Shown here: piece after piece, positions 13,901 to 25,800 of the stretch
How the letters are laid out: each line of letters starts with the position of its first letter
Numbering within the stretch: the first letter of the stretch is position 1
Source: Lingula anatina
Lineage: Eukaryota > Animalia > Brachiopoda
Length of the DNA: 64,000 nt
NCBI GenBank assembly: GCA_051362555.1
Contig: CM120641.1
Coordinates: 32,680,401 to 32,744,400, forward strand
Direction of reading: 5' to 3'
Position numbers and translations under genes: made by a program
Notes under the pieces: generated by a model
Database searches by the model: none
What the model was told of the DNA's origin: nothing
The model's input: only the letters and a program-made list of their open reading frames with translations

Positions 13901-16900
13901 TATTCAATGAGAAGATATTTGAATATTGTTTTAATTTATGCTGATCAGACCGTAAATAAAAGCTGACATAACAGAACTTTCAAAACATCTCAAATTATTA
14001 TATTACACATTGTCATATAATGCTTTTTCCTTTCCTTTTTTTTTAGTTCAAAGAGAGTATCGACTGGCTGTCTACTTACTTTATGAAGTTGAGGACCACC
14101 ACCCCCAGCTTGGCCTCATTTGGTCTGTACTCCCAGTGGAAGCCGTATGTGACCAACATCAGTGTGTTCCTGGGCTATCTGTGTGGCAGCCTGGTCCTCA
14201 AGACAGTGGGCAGTCTACAGGCTGGACAGGCTAATTTTAACCCACAGGAAGGTAAGGCAGGTCATATACTATGTTTTGATTTTAGATATCTGAGTTATGA
14301 TGTTTGCACAGATTAATTAAGAAAATTCAAGGCATACAATGCAGATAAACATGTTTCGTGTAATATCGGAACTGGAATATGATAAGTCAGTGGTTGGAGT
14401 TATTCCATCACAGTTTCCATTGTATAATAGTAAATTATATTACAATTATAAAGATATATTGGTTCATTCACATATTGGCAATGCAAATTCCAAAAACAGA
14501 ATGGTAATGCACCATTTGTATTTTTATTATATTATATTGTACAAGGTCATGATATGTACCAGTACAGAAATAAATTTGGAATTGAATATAAATGCTTCAC
14601 TTATCCTTACATTTTAATTTTTCACAATATATTAATTTTTTAGTATTTTCTTATTGTACTTTTTGACACGAGGTCAACCAACTTTTCAAAAAATTTCAAT
14701 CAGAATTTTAGGTACTACTTACAAAGCATTTTTGAGGGAGTTAAATGAGTAATTCGTGTCGTTCAAATTCAATGACTTACTATTGTATGAAATGTTTTCC
14801 ACAGGAGCCGAGTCTGTGTGGCAGGCCACAGTCCAAGTGTTTGCACCATGGCTGGAACCTTTACACAGAGACAACGGGGAAGTGCTGTGCCCATGGATTG
14901 TTGGAGATACCAACACAGCCTTTGACATGGTGGCCATGTTCACTGAGAGTGTGGCCTGCAACTTCAAGCAGTTTGAAGGTTTGGGCTGAATGCTTTTCAA
15001 GATTCCAGTTGAAATGTGATATTTTTGTATCGTATCATGTACATACATACCTGTAGATAGTATACGCTTTGTCCAAATGATGTACAAGGTGTTGTGGCAT
15101 ATATATTGTTCTGGGTGATAGTATATTTTCTCACACATGCACATGCATGTTATAGGTTTTGGCATACATTGTGTTTTCAGTTATTTAAATTTACAACAAA
15201 TTAGAATAACTTATAAATGTATCTTTTATAAAGAATTGAATATTAGAAATCCATTAGACAGCTCATACAACTCTGTAACTATGCACACCATTCCCCTTGA
15301 ACAAGTATATGCAGCTTTGTACTTTTACTTATATGCAGCTTTGTACTTTGTAATTCTAGGCTTCATCCCGCCCTTTGCCAGGAATGCCCTCACCCTGGTG
15401 TGGGAGTACTATGTGAAGGTGTTATCTGCAAAGAAAACCCCAGAACACATTCTACAAGTCTTCCATGCCAGACTGACTACACTTCAGTGGGGAAAGTTCC
15501 TGCCAGATCTGCAGACTTTAGAACTGATGGTCAAGGTAGGTTATGATTATTTAATATGGAGGTGTTTGTGCATTAGACTTGTGGTTTTTACTTTAAAGTA
15601 AATAGGTAGATATAGTGGTATATGAATACTTTAATTTTTGAAATAATTAACATGTAAGGCTTTTTTTGTGCGACAACACAATTTTCACTCAATTAACACT
15701 CAATTTTCTCCAAGAAGGTTCACGAACTGTGAATCTGGTCATCTGCCGATTAATTCAAGAATCTAAGCAGGGGTTGTTATGTGTTTGGACCTTATGGAAC
15801 AGAATAGAATAGAAAAGAATAACAATTTGTCCTCTCTGTTTCAGCTCCAGGCTGTGGGCACCAGGGAAAGCTTTGTATTCCTTGGGTTGGTCTTCACACA
15901 GATGCCTTGGCAAGATATCGTCAACTATTACCTCACACAGCAGCCTGTAGAGGGCACCACGGGACTCATGGCCATTTTGTTCCAGCTCCTGGTTCAAATG
16001 TCTCAAGAGAAAGGACTTATGGATGTGCAGGTACCGACCTGTGTGTTTCTGAAGTGACATGTAATTAATGAGTCCATGCACAAAGCACATAGACTCTTTC
16101 AAATATATAACTGTGAATTTATTTTTATAAAATGCATTTTGATTAAGTTTTGACCTCTCAGATTTTGATTCTGATGCTTTACTGGTTTCCAGCTTCTATT
16201 AACTATCAACATGTTACGAATACTATAATTTATCTTTATTTGAATAAGATATTACTTATTTTTATAAACCAATATTGTAATTTTTTCATATAAGAAATAT
16301 GACAGTAAGTCAGCCCATTTAATGAAACATTCATGTGACTACATGTGTATCTGACATATTGAGTACATATCAATCGTGAATTGGAATAGCTTAATTGAAT
16401 AAGTGAAAATGCATGTTTATGTATATTTCCAGGGTTCAGATTTGCCTAGGCTATTACTTTTAGCAGAATCATTTCCCTGGCATTTCTTGGATGCTGACAA
16501 CTTTAAGAGAGTATCTGACTGGTTCTTGCAGTATTGTGATCCTAAATGTGTCTTGGCAGAGAGGTCCTCAAACAGTGCAGTGGTCCTGAGGTGACGTGTG
16601 GAAAGTTATTAAAAAAAAAAACCTGATCCAGAAAATAGCTAATAGAATTTACATTGCTATCTACTGGAAGATAAATTTACAAGCAAAAAGCTTTTTGTCC
16701 GAACTTATTGTCTGAAGTGTTATGGAAAGGCCTACTACAGAAAAAAAATATCTGGTTATTATCATTGCTATGTACCAGAAGGTGATTTGCAAGAAAAAAA
16801 TTGTCAAAACTTGTTTTTCATTTGAAAGGCAAATGTGTATGTAACAAAATAAAATACTTGAGGCAGATTATTAAAGTGTAAAACTGCTTACTGGTAATTA

Positions 16901-19374
16901 AACGATCTATATATTGTCTAATTAAGTGTGCATGGGACTTATTTGAATGTCAGTGATTCCTATATTTTATATTTTCCGTCAGTAGCTGTAATAGTGTATT
17001 TATAATTTAATTATTCATTTATTACTGTATTTTACCAGGTTACTCAAGTCAGCGGCTGGGTTTGTGAGTGCTACAGGTAGCCCTCTTCACCCTGAAACTC
17101 CTCGCAAGAGGGCGCTGTATGTTCACTGTGTGGTAGAGCTGGTCTGCAAGTGCTCCCAAATGAAGGGAGTAGACCCAGAGAACTTCACAACTCTCATTTT
17201 AAATCTGCTCACGGAGGTGGAAACTGTGGTCAGCACCAGTGAGTATTGCCCACAGTTTGTCAGCTGGACTTTCTTTACCAAAATTTCTATGTTAAGAATT
17301 TAGTTTACAGTTAAAGATTCTTTTCCTATGTAAATTACAAAGATTTTCAGGCAGATTTTCCTGTGGATTGTCATTTCATTATTAAAGATATCTTTTTGGT
17401 TGTATTTTCTCAAAATCATTGTTTTAAAACACTTATTTCTTAAGAGTGTGGTAAGCCATTCTCTGTCATATTCCTCCAGTCCCAGATCTATCTGTCCAGT
17501 GGGAAGAGTCTGTCACCCTGTGCGTGGAGGTCCTCCAGTTGCTAAATAATTGTAACCCCCAGACGACCACGGTGACAGCAGTCCTGAGGAGTATCTGTCA
17601 GTGGATAGAGTCATCTCCATGCACAGTCCTCCTGCTGCCGCTGGTCACAGCAGGTTGCAGGTGCTTGGCCTCCATTGTGCACATGGTGCAAATCATTGAG
17701 AACTGCATGGATGCCTTCTTTAATTCTGGTGATTTTCATCTTTATGTATTTTCTGAATAAAAAATACTGCTTTATTTTTTTTTATTTTTTTATTTTTTTT
17801 TTTGTTTGAAAATTTATTTCATTCTCTGAATGATCTTTGTATAAGTTAATAATTAGAGTTCTTTGTGTTTGTATTTAAAACATCCAGCATGTAATAGTAA
17901 TTTATATTGGTATTTAGAAGATACAGCATTTCAAAATTTCATTAATTTTTTAAAAATTGAAATCATAATTAAAATTGTAAATAAATCTAGAAAGACATAA
18001 CAAGGTGAATTTTATATTTTATATACGTAAGTGTATTCCACACTTCCAGGCTTGGATCTGAGTGAAAGTTATGGGTGGGGTAGGCTGCTGTCAGCCATGC
18101 AGATACCAGAGTTGACGTTTCGGGAGTTTCTGGTGGAAAGTTTACGTCAGGGCAGCTATTTGACATTGTACGCGTATGTCCTGCAGCATTTACCAAAATG
18201 CCAGAGCCTTGATGAAGAAAATAGCCATATTGCTGGGATAGTGCAGTGGACTGCAACAGCCAAACCAACGTATGTATTATGATTGATTCTAAAGCGTGAC
18301 ATTTTGTCAGTTGTGTATTGTGCACAAATCTACTTGCACTTCACATATTCTATGATAAGCTTAATTATCCAGGTTTGCTAAATTAACAAAAATAAAGTTC
18401 TTAAAGTTTGAGGGAAGTCACCAGGTATATTCTGTTTGTTTGCAGTCCTCATATCTGATTTAATTCTATGCTTAGATATTCTTGTTGTTTTATGTTATTG
18501 TATTCCTTTAGCTGCAGATAAGTTTCAAGTACTAAATGATTATCAAACACATTTGTTTTCTCAGAAGTGAAAATGAAGCCAAGTTATTCCTGTGGTGGGG
18601 TAAGATCCTAGATCTGCTGCTACGGCAGATTGACTTTGGCGCCTCGCATGCCATTGTGATCAGATCTCTGAACAACTTCATCGCAGCACTCACCACACTG
18701 GGAGAAGATAAGATAAGTGCTGGACTACTGGGAGCTATAGGTCTTGGCAGGGCATCCAACTTGTCTGTTAGGTAAAGAGATTGAAAATTGTCACTTTCCT
18801 GATATTCCGAATTTAAATGCAATTTTGTCCAAGTAGTTTTAACAAAATGTGTATTTACAGTTGCATGTGTTGTATTATGCCCAGTATAGAAATAATTATT
18901 TATTGTGGTATAATTTTCTTTGTAAGAAAATGTAAAATATGAGGAAAGTAATTACTTTTACTTTTAAGTAGAAGTTTAAAAATTGTATAAGATACATATT
19001 CATTATGGTTAGTTTATAGTTTTTTGGTGGTATGAACCATTTTCTAAATTTACTTCGGTTTATCTCGCAGGTTCCGTTTAGTGGCAAGAAGTCTGTCTGC
19101 TTTCCTTCAAGCACAGATCGTGAAGAACAATGCTCTTAGACTCGTGCCCCATGACCATACTCCAGCCAATGTACAGCAAATTGTCACCTCCCTCAGAAAC
19201 CTCAAGACAAACAAGCAGTACACACCCCTCAAAGAGCAGATAGATTTTGCCTGTCAGTTTGTCAGCTCAAGAGGCAGGTGTTTGAGGGATGCCAAGTTCT
19301 TGTTAGCAGAGCTGACTGGGGTCCTGTTCCCAGAGAAAAGATACCTGGCTGTAGTTCAAAATCCTCAGCCATAA
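1299..19374 (+). CDS. EPG5: Ectopic P-granules autophagy protein 5 homolog, 3' portion (32 coding exons; 5' exons lie upstream of the window)
   Basis: GT-AG exons in continuous phase: 1299-1463, 1884-2006, 2291-2538, 2750-2890, 3220-3340, 3959-4062, 4298-4394, 4853-5089, 5421-5587, 6095-6237, 8386-8497, 8873-8996, 9450-9594, 9781-9952, 10392-10482, 10620-10697, 10942-11084, 11514-11676, 11868-12062, 12510-12641, 13069-13150, 13379-13521, 14047-14251, 14805-14978, 15360-15535, 15845-16030, 16433-16590, 17039-17238, 17480-17728, 18050-18269, 18565-18771, 19071-19374 (TAA). Peptides [51 protein letters not shown] and [37 protein letters not shown] match EPG5 motifs as recalled from vertebrate EPG5. 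Confidence 0.93.
4606..4716. repeat. Short palindromic (hairpin) element in an EPG5 intron
   Basis: aagccgaaatattttcatacc (~4624-4644) is the exact reverse complement of ggtatgaaaatatttcggctt (~4674-4694); outer cataaatga / tcatttatg also pair. Confidence 0.7.
6397..8290 (+). mobile_element. Degenerate Tc1/mariner-superfamily (pogo-like) DNA transposon, ~1.9 kb, in EPG5 intron 6238-8385
   Basis: CpG-rich block within CpG-poor DNA. Imperfect TIRs TA|CGTAATATGCCAAACAATTCGAC and (reverse complement) TA|CGGTTATGTGCCAAGCATTTCGAC, with TA on both sides. Interrupted + strand peptides resemble an HTH (ARFAQRRGVDVRT, ~6940-6980) and DDD motifs (HMQK*ETGFIW ~7308-7340; DVIFIVDKSVIH ~7536-7571; a frameshifted PAD about 33 codons later). 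Confidence 0.6.
10867..10923 (+). repeat. (AAT)19 microsatellite just upstream of EPG5 acceptor 10942
   Basis: Read directly from the sequence. Confidence 0.95.
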
Positions 19375-20332
19375 ATTGTATTTCGAACAGCAAGAGTTGA
19401 TGGTCTTATTTGGACATGATATTCTCTTTGATTGTTTTGTATGACAATATACATGTTGTATAGAGGTAGCATGTTTCATCAAAGGCATTGTATTCACATT
19501 ATTTTGTGCCGCATGTCTTGCCTGAAACAGGTCTTTGTTTACAAAATCAACAAAATTGAAGGCAAAAAATGAGATTTGATTGCATTACTTTATATTAAGT
19601 CCACAGCATGACTTAATTACTGGTACAGCAAATTGTACTGATTGTGTAGAAGCCATGATATTGAAAATGCTTACACACATTGTAGTGAAGCATGTGGCTG
19701 CTGTAATTGGATAAGATTGATAACTTCAAGTGCTTCTTAGCAGGCTCTCTACAAGAATTGAGTGATCTTGACTTGAAGGACCTAGCTCTTACTTTAAGAG
19801 GAATGGAGCACCATTGATTGAAAAATATTTACCTCTCTTTGCCTCTAAGCATTGTTTTTATATTGTTAATATTTTTTATCTTGAATGGTTGTGGTTAACC
19901 AAGCTTATTATTTTATTTAATTTTTTCATTAATAATTAGCGTTAGAAAATGTTAGAACATCGAGTTGGGGAGATTTTAATTTCCTCCCCATTTGCAGGCT
20001 GTGAATGGTTTCAAAGTACTGTTGATATACTTGGCATATGTACATATATTGATAATTCTGGGTCATGTGCCAGTGCACATTGCTTGTTTTTGTGTCTGGT
20101 CATGGAATATTGTGGGAAACTGGTGTAATGTGGGAAACTACATGTAGCTGTGCTTTGGGATGGTGACATTTAGAGTTTCAATGAAAGTACATATATTATT
20201 GCCATAACTTAAACCACTTGGCAGTTCGATACCCAAAACTGTTGAAAAACATTCTTATTTCATTAATTGTATACACTGAAAACTTGACATGGACCTTTAG
20301 AGGAGAGCTGCACTGTGGTTTATTTGATTTCC

Positions 20333-20574
20333 AGGTCATTCCACAAAAATGTGAACTTTTTAGCCACTTCTGTGATGCACACATTTTGTGTAACATTTGT
20401 ATATTTTAATATAATTCAGTCAGTTTTATACGACTTTTATTATGGGTGATTTCTTTATAGGAGGATGCTATAGCATTATTTAAAGCAGGTACAATGCAAA
20501 GTTATGTAAATGTTACACAAAATGTATGCATCACTGATGTGACTCAAATTTTTACTTTTTTTGTGGAATGACCT
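20333..20574. mobile_element. MITE with ~70-bp imperfect TIRs in the inferred EPG5 3'UTR
   Basis: aggtcattccacaaaaatgtgaactttttagccacttctgtgatgcacacattttgtgtaacattt pairs with aaatgttacacaaaatgtatgcatcactgatgtgactcaaatttttactttttttgtggaatgacct; a related copy lies at 59203-59444. Confidence 0.75.
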
Positions 20575-20925
20575 TTTCATAGGTTTTGAAACTGCTGTCT
20601 GGGAACCAATTTTTAATTAGTATAAAGAAGACCAAGATATTTCAAATGTGAATTACTGTTTCCAAAGATGACACATTTTGATGGGGTATCATTCGATCTG
20701 AAAATATTTTTACTCAAATTTTTTGTGCAATATGAACATGTGGTTATGGAGTAAATGTTATAAGAGATTCATGGAATGGAGCTTAAAGTGTTTATGTTTA
20801 ATGCTAAATATAGCAAATACAGATATTATCAAGTGGCAGACATTTCAATGGGCAACTGTGAGAGATTTATTGCCTTAAGTGTATGCCATCTACGGACTTT
20901 ATACCATGTAAATTCTAATTCATAA

Positions 20926-20931
20926 AATAAA
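20926..20931 (+). terminator. Candidate EPG5 polyadenylation signal AATAAA
   Basis: AATAAA followed by T/GT-rich sequence; strand base skew switches from T-rich to A-rich just downstream. Confidence 0.45.
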
Positions 20932-22867
20932 TATTTGTTGAAATGTTTTAAACGTTTCCTCATAAATGTAGCATAAAATTCATTTATTTGATAAAGAGAC
21001 GGCTGTCTACTGCTAGATTGATAAAAATATCACATCCAAAACCATGGAAACAATAAACCAAATGATAGGATTACTTGAAAAGTTGGTCTATTTGCATCTT
21101 ACATAAAATTTGTGTGAGATGACTCAATATAAATGGCTTGAAAATTTATATGTATCTTTGGTTATAAAAGTATAATAAAGCATTTAACACATTGTCAATT
21201 ACAAGTTTGCACATAGTTTTACATTGAATACTCCCACTTTGAATGGTTTTCAACTCGAACCATAAATAACAGCCAATGTGGTAATAGGATCCTGTTAAAG
21301 CAAAGCCAATGACATTTTCTGAATGGCATTTATACCTAAACTGTAATTACTCAATAAATTTGAACAAAACAATCAAAAAGCAATACTTCGCAATGTTGTT
21401 TTAAGTTTTGAAAAGTAAATTGGACTCGAGGCAAAGAGTACTTGTAACTAAAACTGATACATCCTTTAATAAAGAATTATTAGACCAAATGTTTGAAAGT
21501 TTTAAATAATTAGCCTTTGACATTTTCCCTAGCAACAATGAATCACTCATCGTAATCCTTTGATATCACCTACTAAGTTATTCTCTAATATCCATGTTTC
21601 GTCCTCAACACCTACGCTATTGGGTGGCGTACTGGTCCCACAGTAATAACAGCTGTATTAAGGGCAGTGGTTGGTGTTAATATGCCTGTTTGTAAAATAG
21701 CTCAAGGTGTGTGAAATATAAGTTTGTAAATGGCAATAATTACTATGAAGTTCAATAACTTCAGGAAAACCACGCCTGTGCTTGACACTTAGGATTCTTA
21801 TGGAAATCTTTACATTTTCAATTTGGATTTGTAATTTATTTTAAGATTAAAGCAAGAAACAAATGTCAAAAGTTCATAAAGGGTAATCATGCTTTTTAAA
21901 TTGTGGAACCCAGCCAGCACCAAACAATTACAAGTGATTGGAAATACTATGCTGCTTGAAGTCATTTTGGTGCAACTAGGCTATATGTAAGGGCGCACAA
22001 GAAGTGACTAAAAACCCACACATAGTTTTATTGCCAATTGTGTTTATCATTTTGGATGAAGGTTTTATAGAACATATTAGCATTTCCTGACATTTTTGAG
22101 GATGTGGTTCAAAATGTGACAAGAGTATTTTGACAGGGTATTTTTATGTGAAATTTCAGTTTAAATCTGACAACCCTAATCTTATAATTGCTGCCTGTCT
22201 GTACTATACGGTTTTAAACCTTAACATTAGTAGGCCTGTAGAGAATCTGCCATTGCACCAGTAATGATAGAGTGTAAAGAAAATGGAGGTTCCTGTAGAA
22301 AAGCTACAAACAAGCATCCCTGCAGACCCCTCCCCTCCCCCCCAAGAAAAAAAAAACTGCTATGCCTATGCACAATATGCATTTTTGTAAAGCCTCTTTG
22401 GACCAAAGCAAAATAAAAAAGTCCAACTTTTATTACAAATAAATGCTAATTACATTTAGTTAAACCAAAAATATTTTTTTATGTGTCAAATTTAAAGTAT
22501 TCAAATTATTGTTGTCAGATTAGACTTAATTCAAAAGGCTCATATTTTCATCAAAACTATCAACTGGCTTTCTATGAAGTGTAGGATCCTTCTGTTGACC
22601 ATATAGTCTTACATTTATACGTGGCAGAAGAAAAAAAAAATTAATGTCTGGTAAATAACATATACCAATAAATGGCATGTTATAATGTATTCTTCTTTCA
22701 TTTCAGTCATACACTTGTCCATCTAAATGACTTTGGATACCCCAACATTTTTAAAACTGTATTACAACTGCACTCCATCCTCTATTTACACCTTTATTGC
22801 ATTTATCCTGGTCTTTTCTAAGTAGTATGTTACAGATCAACACAAAATGATCAGCTGTATATATGGT

Positions 22868-25800
22868 TTACATATTACTAGGTGGTAGAGGGCGCTTGTG
22901 TAGTGAAGCTAAGTCCTTGTCTTCTCTCTCATCTGATGCTGTTGATCTTGGTTTTGGGGATAATTTGGCCACTTTTGCTGAAATGAAAGTAAATGATATC
23001 TTGAAGATTGTGAGGGTTATTCTTTCTTGTCCTCTGATCTCAACATCTAACCGCAGTCTACATGTTAAAGATTACGTAAACATCTCTCTCTATTCAGAAA
23101 ACATTATATGTTGTGAGAACACGCATGTATTATAACATGACCACAGTTGACCTTCAACTTCTCTTGGTAATAAAAAGTGAATCAATTTTAGTCATAAAAC
23201 AACTTTTTGTACCTCTGTTTTCAAAATCTTTGGCAATGTCCTTTAGGTTTATCCCATGGGCTTTGGCATATTTCACATCAGACAGTAATCTACTCTCCAC
23301 ATCCTCAATTACTGCAAAGTGAAATCAAATAAAGATAACTGATATTCATAAATTATATTCAATTATTTTGATTGAGAAAAAAGCCAGTTATTATATAAAC
23401 ACATATATTACATAAAGCACATCACTTTGTAAATCAATTATTGATATTCAACTGGATTTACATAATTATTCAAAGCAGTGAAGTTGAATGCTAAACGTTT
23501 ACTCACAATCATGCTTAAATGCCCCAAATCTACCCTCTGATATTTGGACTTCCCCTGATGGTTTACCAGCTGAAATAAAAAAGATTGGTACCTGAGCCAA
23601 ACGCATTAACACACTGGGCATTCTACGCAGACCACTGAACAATATTTTTTAATATAACCCAAATTAAAACAAAACAGTGAAAATGACATACATGTATCCA
23701 CAGACACTAAACAAGAAAGTGATGGTTATCATCACTATTCCATTTTAAGATAAATACACCCCATTTCCATAGATTAGATCGACCTACTTTAGATCGACCT
23801 AACTCCCTGGGGGTTCACGCTAAATAGCTGAAAGTTAATTACCCCGTTACAGCTTGTAATAGGTGGGACGGACATTTAAGTCGGATTATCTGAAAGTAAT
23901 CTAGTGAGACTCATCGCGGGGATAGATCGATCTAAAATTTATGGGAATAGAGCCATAGACACATTCCAGTAAACAAGTATCCAACTTTGAAATGTTTATA
24001 CTGTGATTGACTTTGTGAAATGTATACACTGTACCTGCCTTCAATTAACTTGCTATTTTATACAAATTCTCCATCTAAACAGTAAACATAGGTTCAGCTC
24101 TTTGTTTCACATTACAATTAATAAAATTTTCAAAAATGTTACAGAATTAGAAAATGTTAATTCCTGTTACCCAAAACAAATTAGATTTTCATTTTGATAA
24201 CATTTAACAAATCTCTACAATTGTACATATTGTATTAAAGAATACATGGGACAAAACACCGTGAAATGTACCTTTTTAGAAAATAAATCAATCATGCCAA
24301 TTTATAAATTCAACTTGCTTTTTCACCAAATTTTAGGAAAAAAAACCACAATTTGGCACTGGTGGTGTTAACATAGCAAAAATGTGTGTAAAAAATACAA
24401 AAATGATCAATAACTTTTTTTGGAAATAATCCATGCCACTGTTTAAGCTCAGGCTGCCTTTTTGTCAAATAAAATCACTCAAAAAATTCAAAGTAAAAGA
24501 AAAATACACTTTAGCAGTTATGATGCTAACAAATGAGTTGGATGGCAGCATTATTGGAAACAGTAAAAACAGACACTGGTAATCAGAATTTAGTATAAAA
24601 AATATCCAAATAATAATAACAAAAAAAAGAAGCAAATTTTATTCACCATTTTGGCAATTGCCTTGTTAATTTATAACAAAGTTAAATGAATAATTTATTA
24701 AAAGAGAGGGAAGTAGGTGTGGGAGCTCACTTTAGCCTAGGATTTTGGATCCTAGCTTTAGCCAATAAACTAAATCTGTCTGTAAATGATCTGCAACAGA
24801 CCCCTTCCCTGCTTTCTCAATCTTTATTACTTTTGCTAAATTATTATGCCTTACGTGTTTCAACTTTTCCAAGCTCACTCTCTGACCAAACTTTATCCAG
24901 AAAATGTCCTTTGTCCTTGGTCTCAGTTGGATTTGCAGGGACTTGAGGAATGTTTGGATCTGTCTTGATACTACCATGACTGTCTTTCTCAGGCTTGGTA
25001 CTATCGTCATGTAGAATTTCACCTAAGGAAGTCATAATCAATATAATTTTTTTTCATATTTTTTTTTTCATTTTTTTTAAATAGAAATTCAAAGGTATAA
25101 AAGACTAATCCATTTCCTTTACCTAATGTTAAAATTGTTATATGAAAATTAACTCTGTTAATGATACATTTACCTGGTAGTTACAAATAAGAATTCTGTG
25201 AAAAAAGGTTTTACTATTCCATTTATAAATGTAGTAAAATTTAATCTGTTTTAACTACAGCCAAGCAATACATGTACACCTGTTTGTTTAATAATATGTA
25301 CAAGAGGTGCACAGTTATTTATTCATATTATAATTCAAATCTGTTGCTCACCTTCTCTGTCTTTTGTATTATGGCCTGTTATTGCTTTTGTTATAATCAA
25401 CTGTCGAGCCGTTTGTAACTTTTCTTTGACATCCTGGAAATAATCATTTTTTTAAATATCCAAATTTCTAATGTTTTTAATAATCATTAATACTGAAATG
25501 CTTTTCCTTTCAATTTCAGGCATTATATCCTCTAAAAATACTTAATTATAGAGTGCTGCTAATCGCTCACTTTATACATTTTTATCACTCGGTTCTACCA
25601 CTAATTAGATGTGCTCAAACCAGCCTTCAACCTATATTGCTTGTTATTAAGCTGCCAGCACAAGACCTCATTCTGTCACAGCTTGTCAAAGAATGCACAC
25701 AACTTGTGTGCCCACCGCTAACCGGAGAATGAGCACTGCTACCACTGTACCACTTTGCTCAGCCAGTACAGGTGCATGTATACACATGAACTAGCCAAAA

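Noticed and set aside
15305-15350. 24-bp tandem duplication before EPG5 acceptor 15360
   Set aside because: Two-copy slippage that does not include the splice junction; ordinary.
24731-24790. Extra exon of the secreted-protein gene ending at a gtgagc donor
   Set aside because: Each acceptor tried gives a stop or a phase incompatible with exon 23569-23507.
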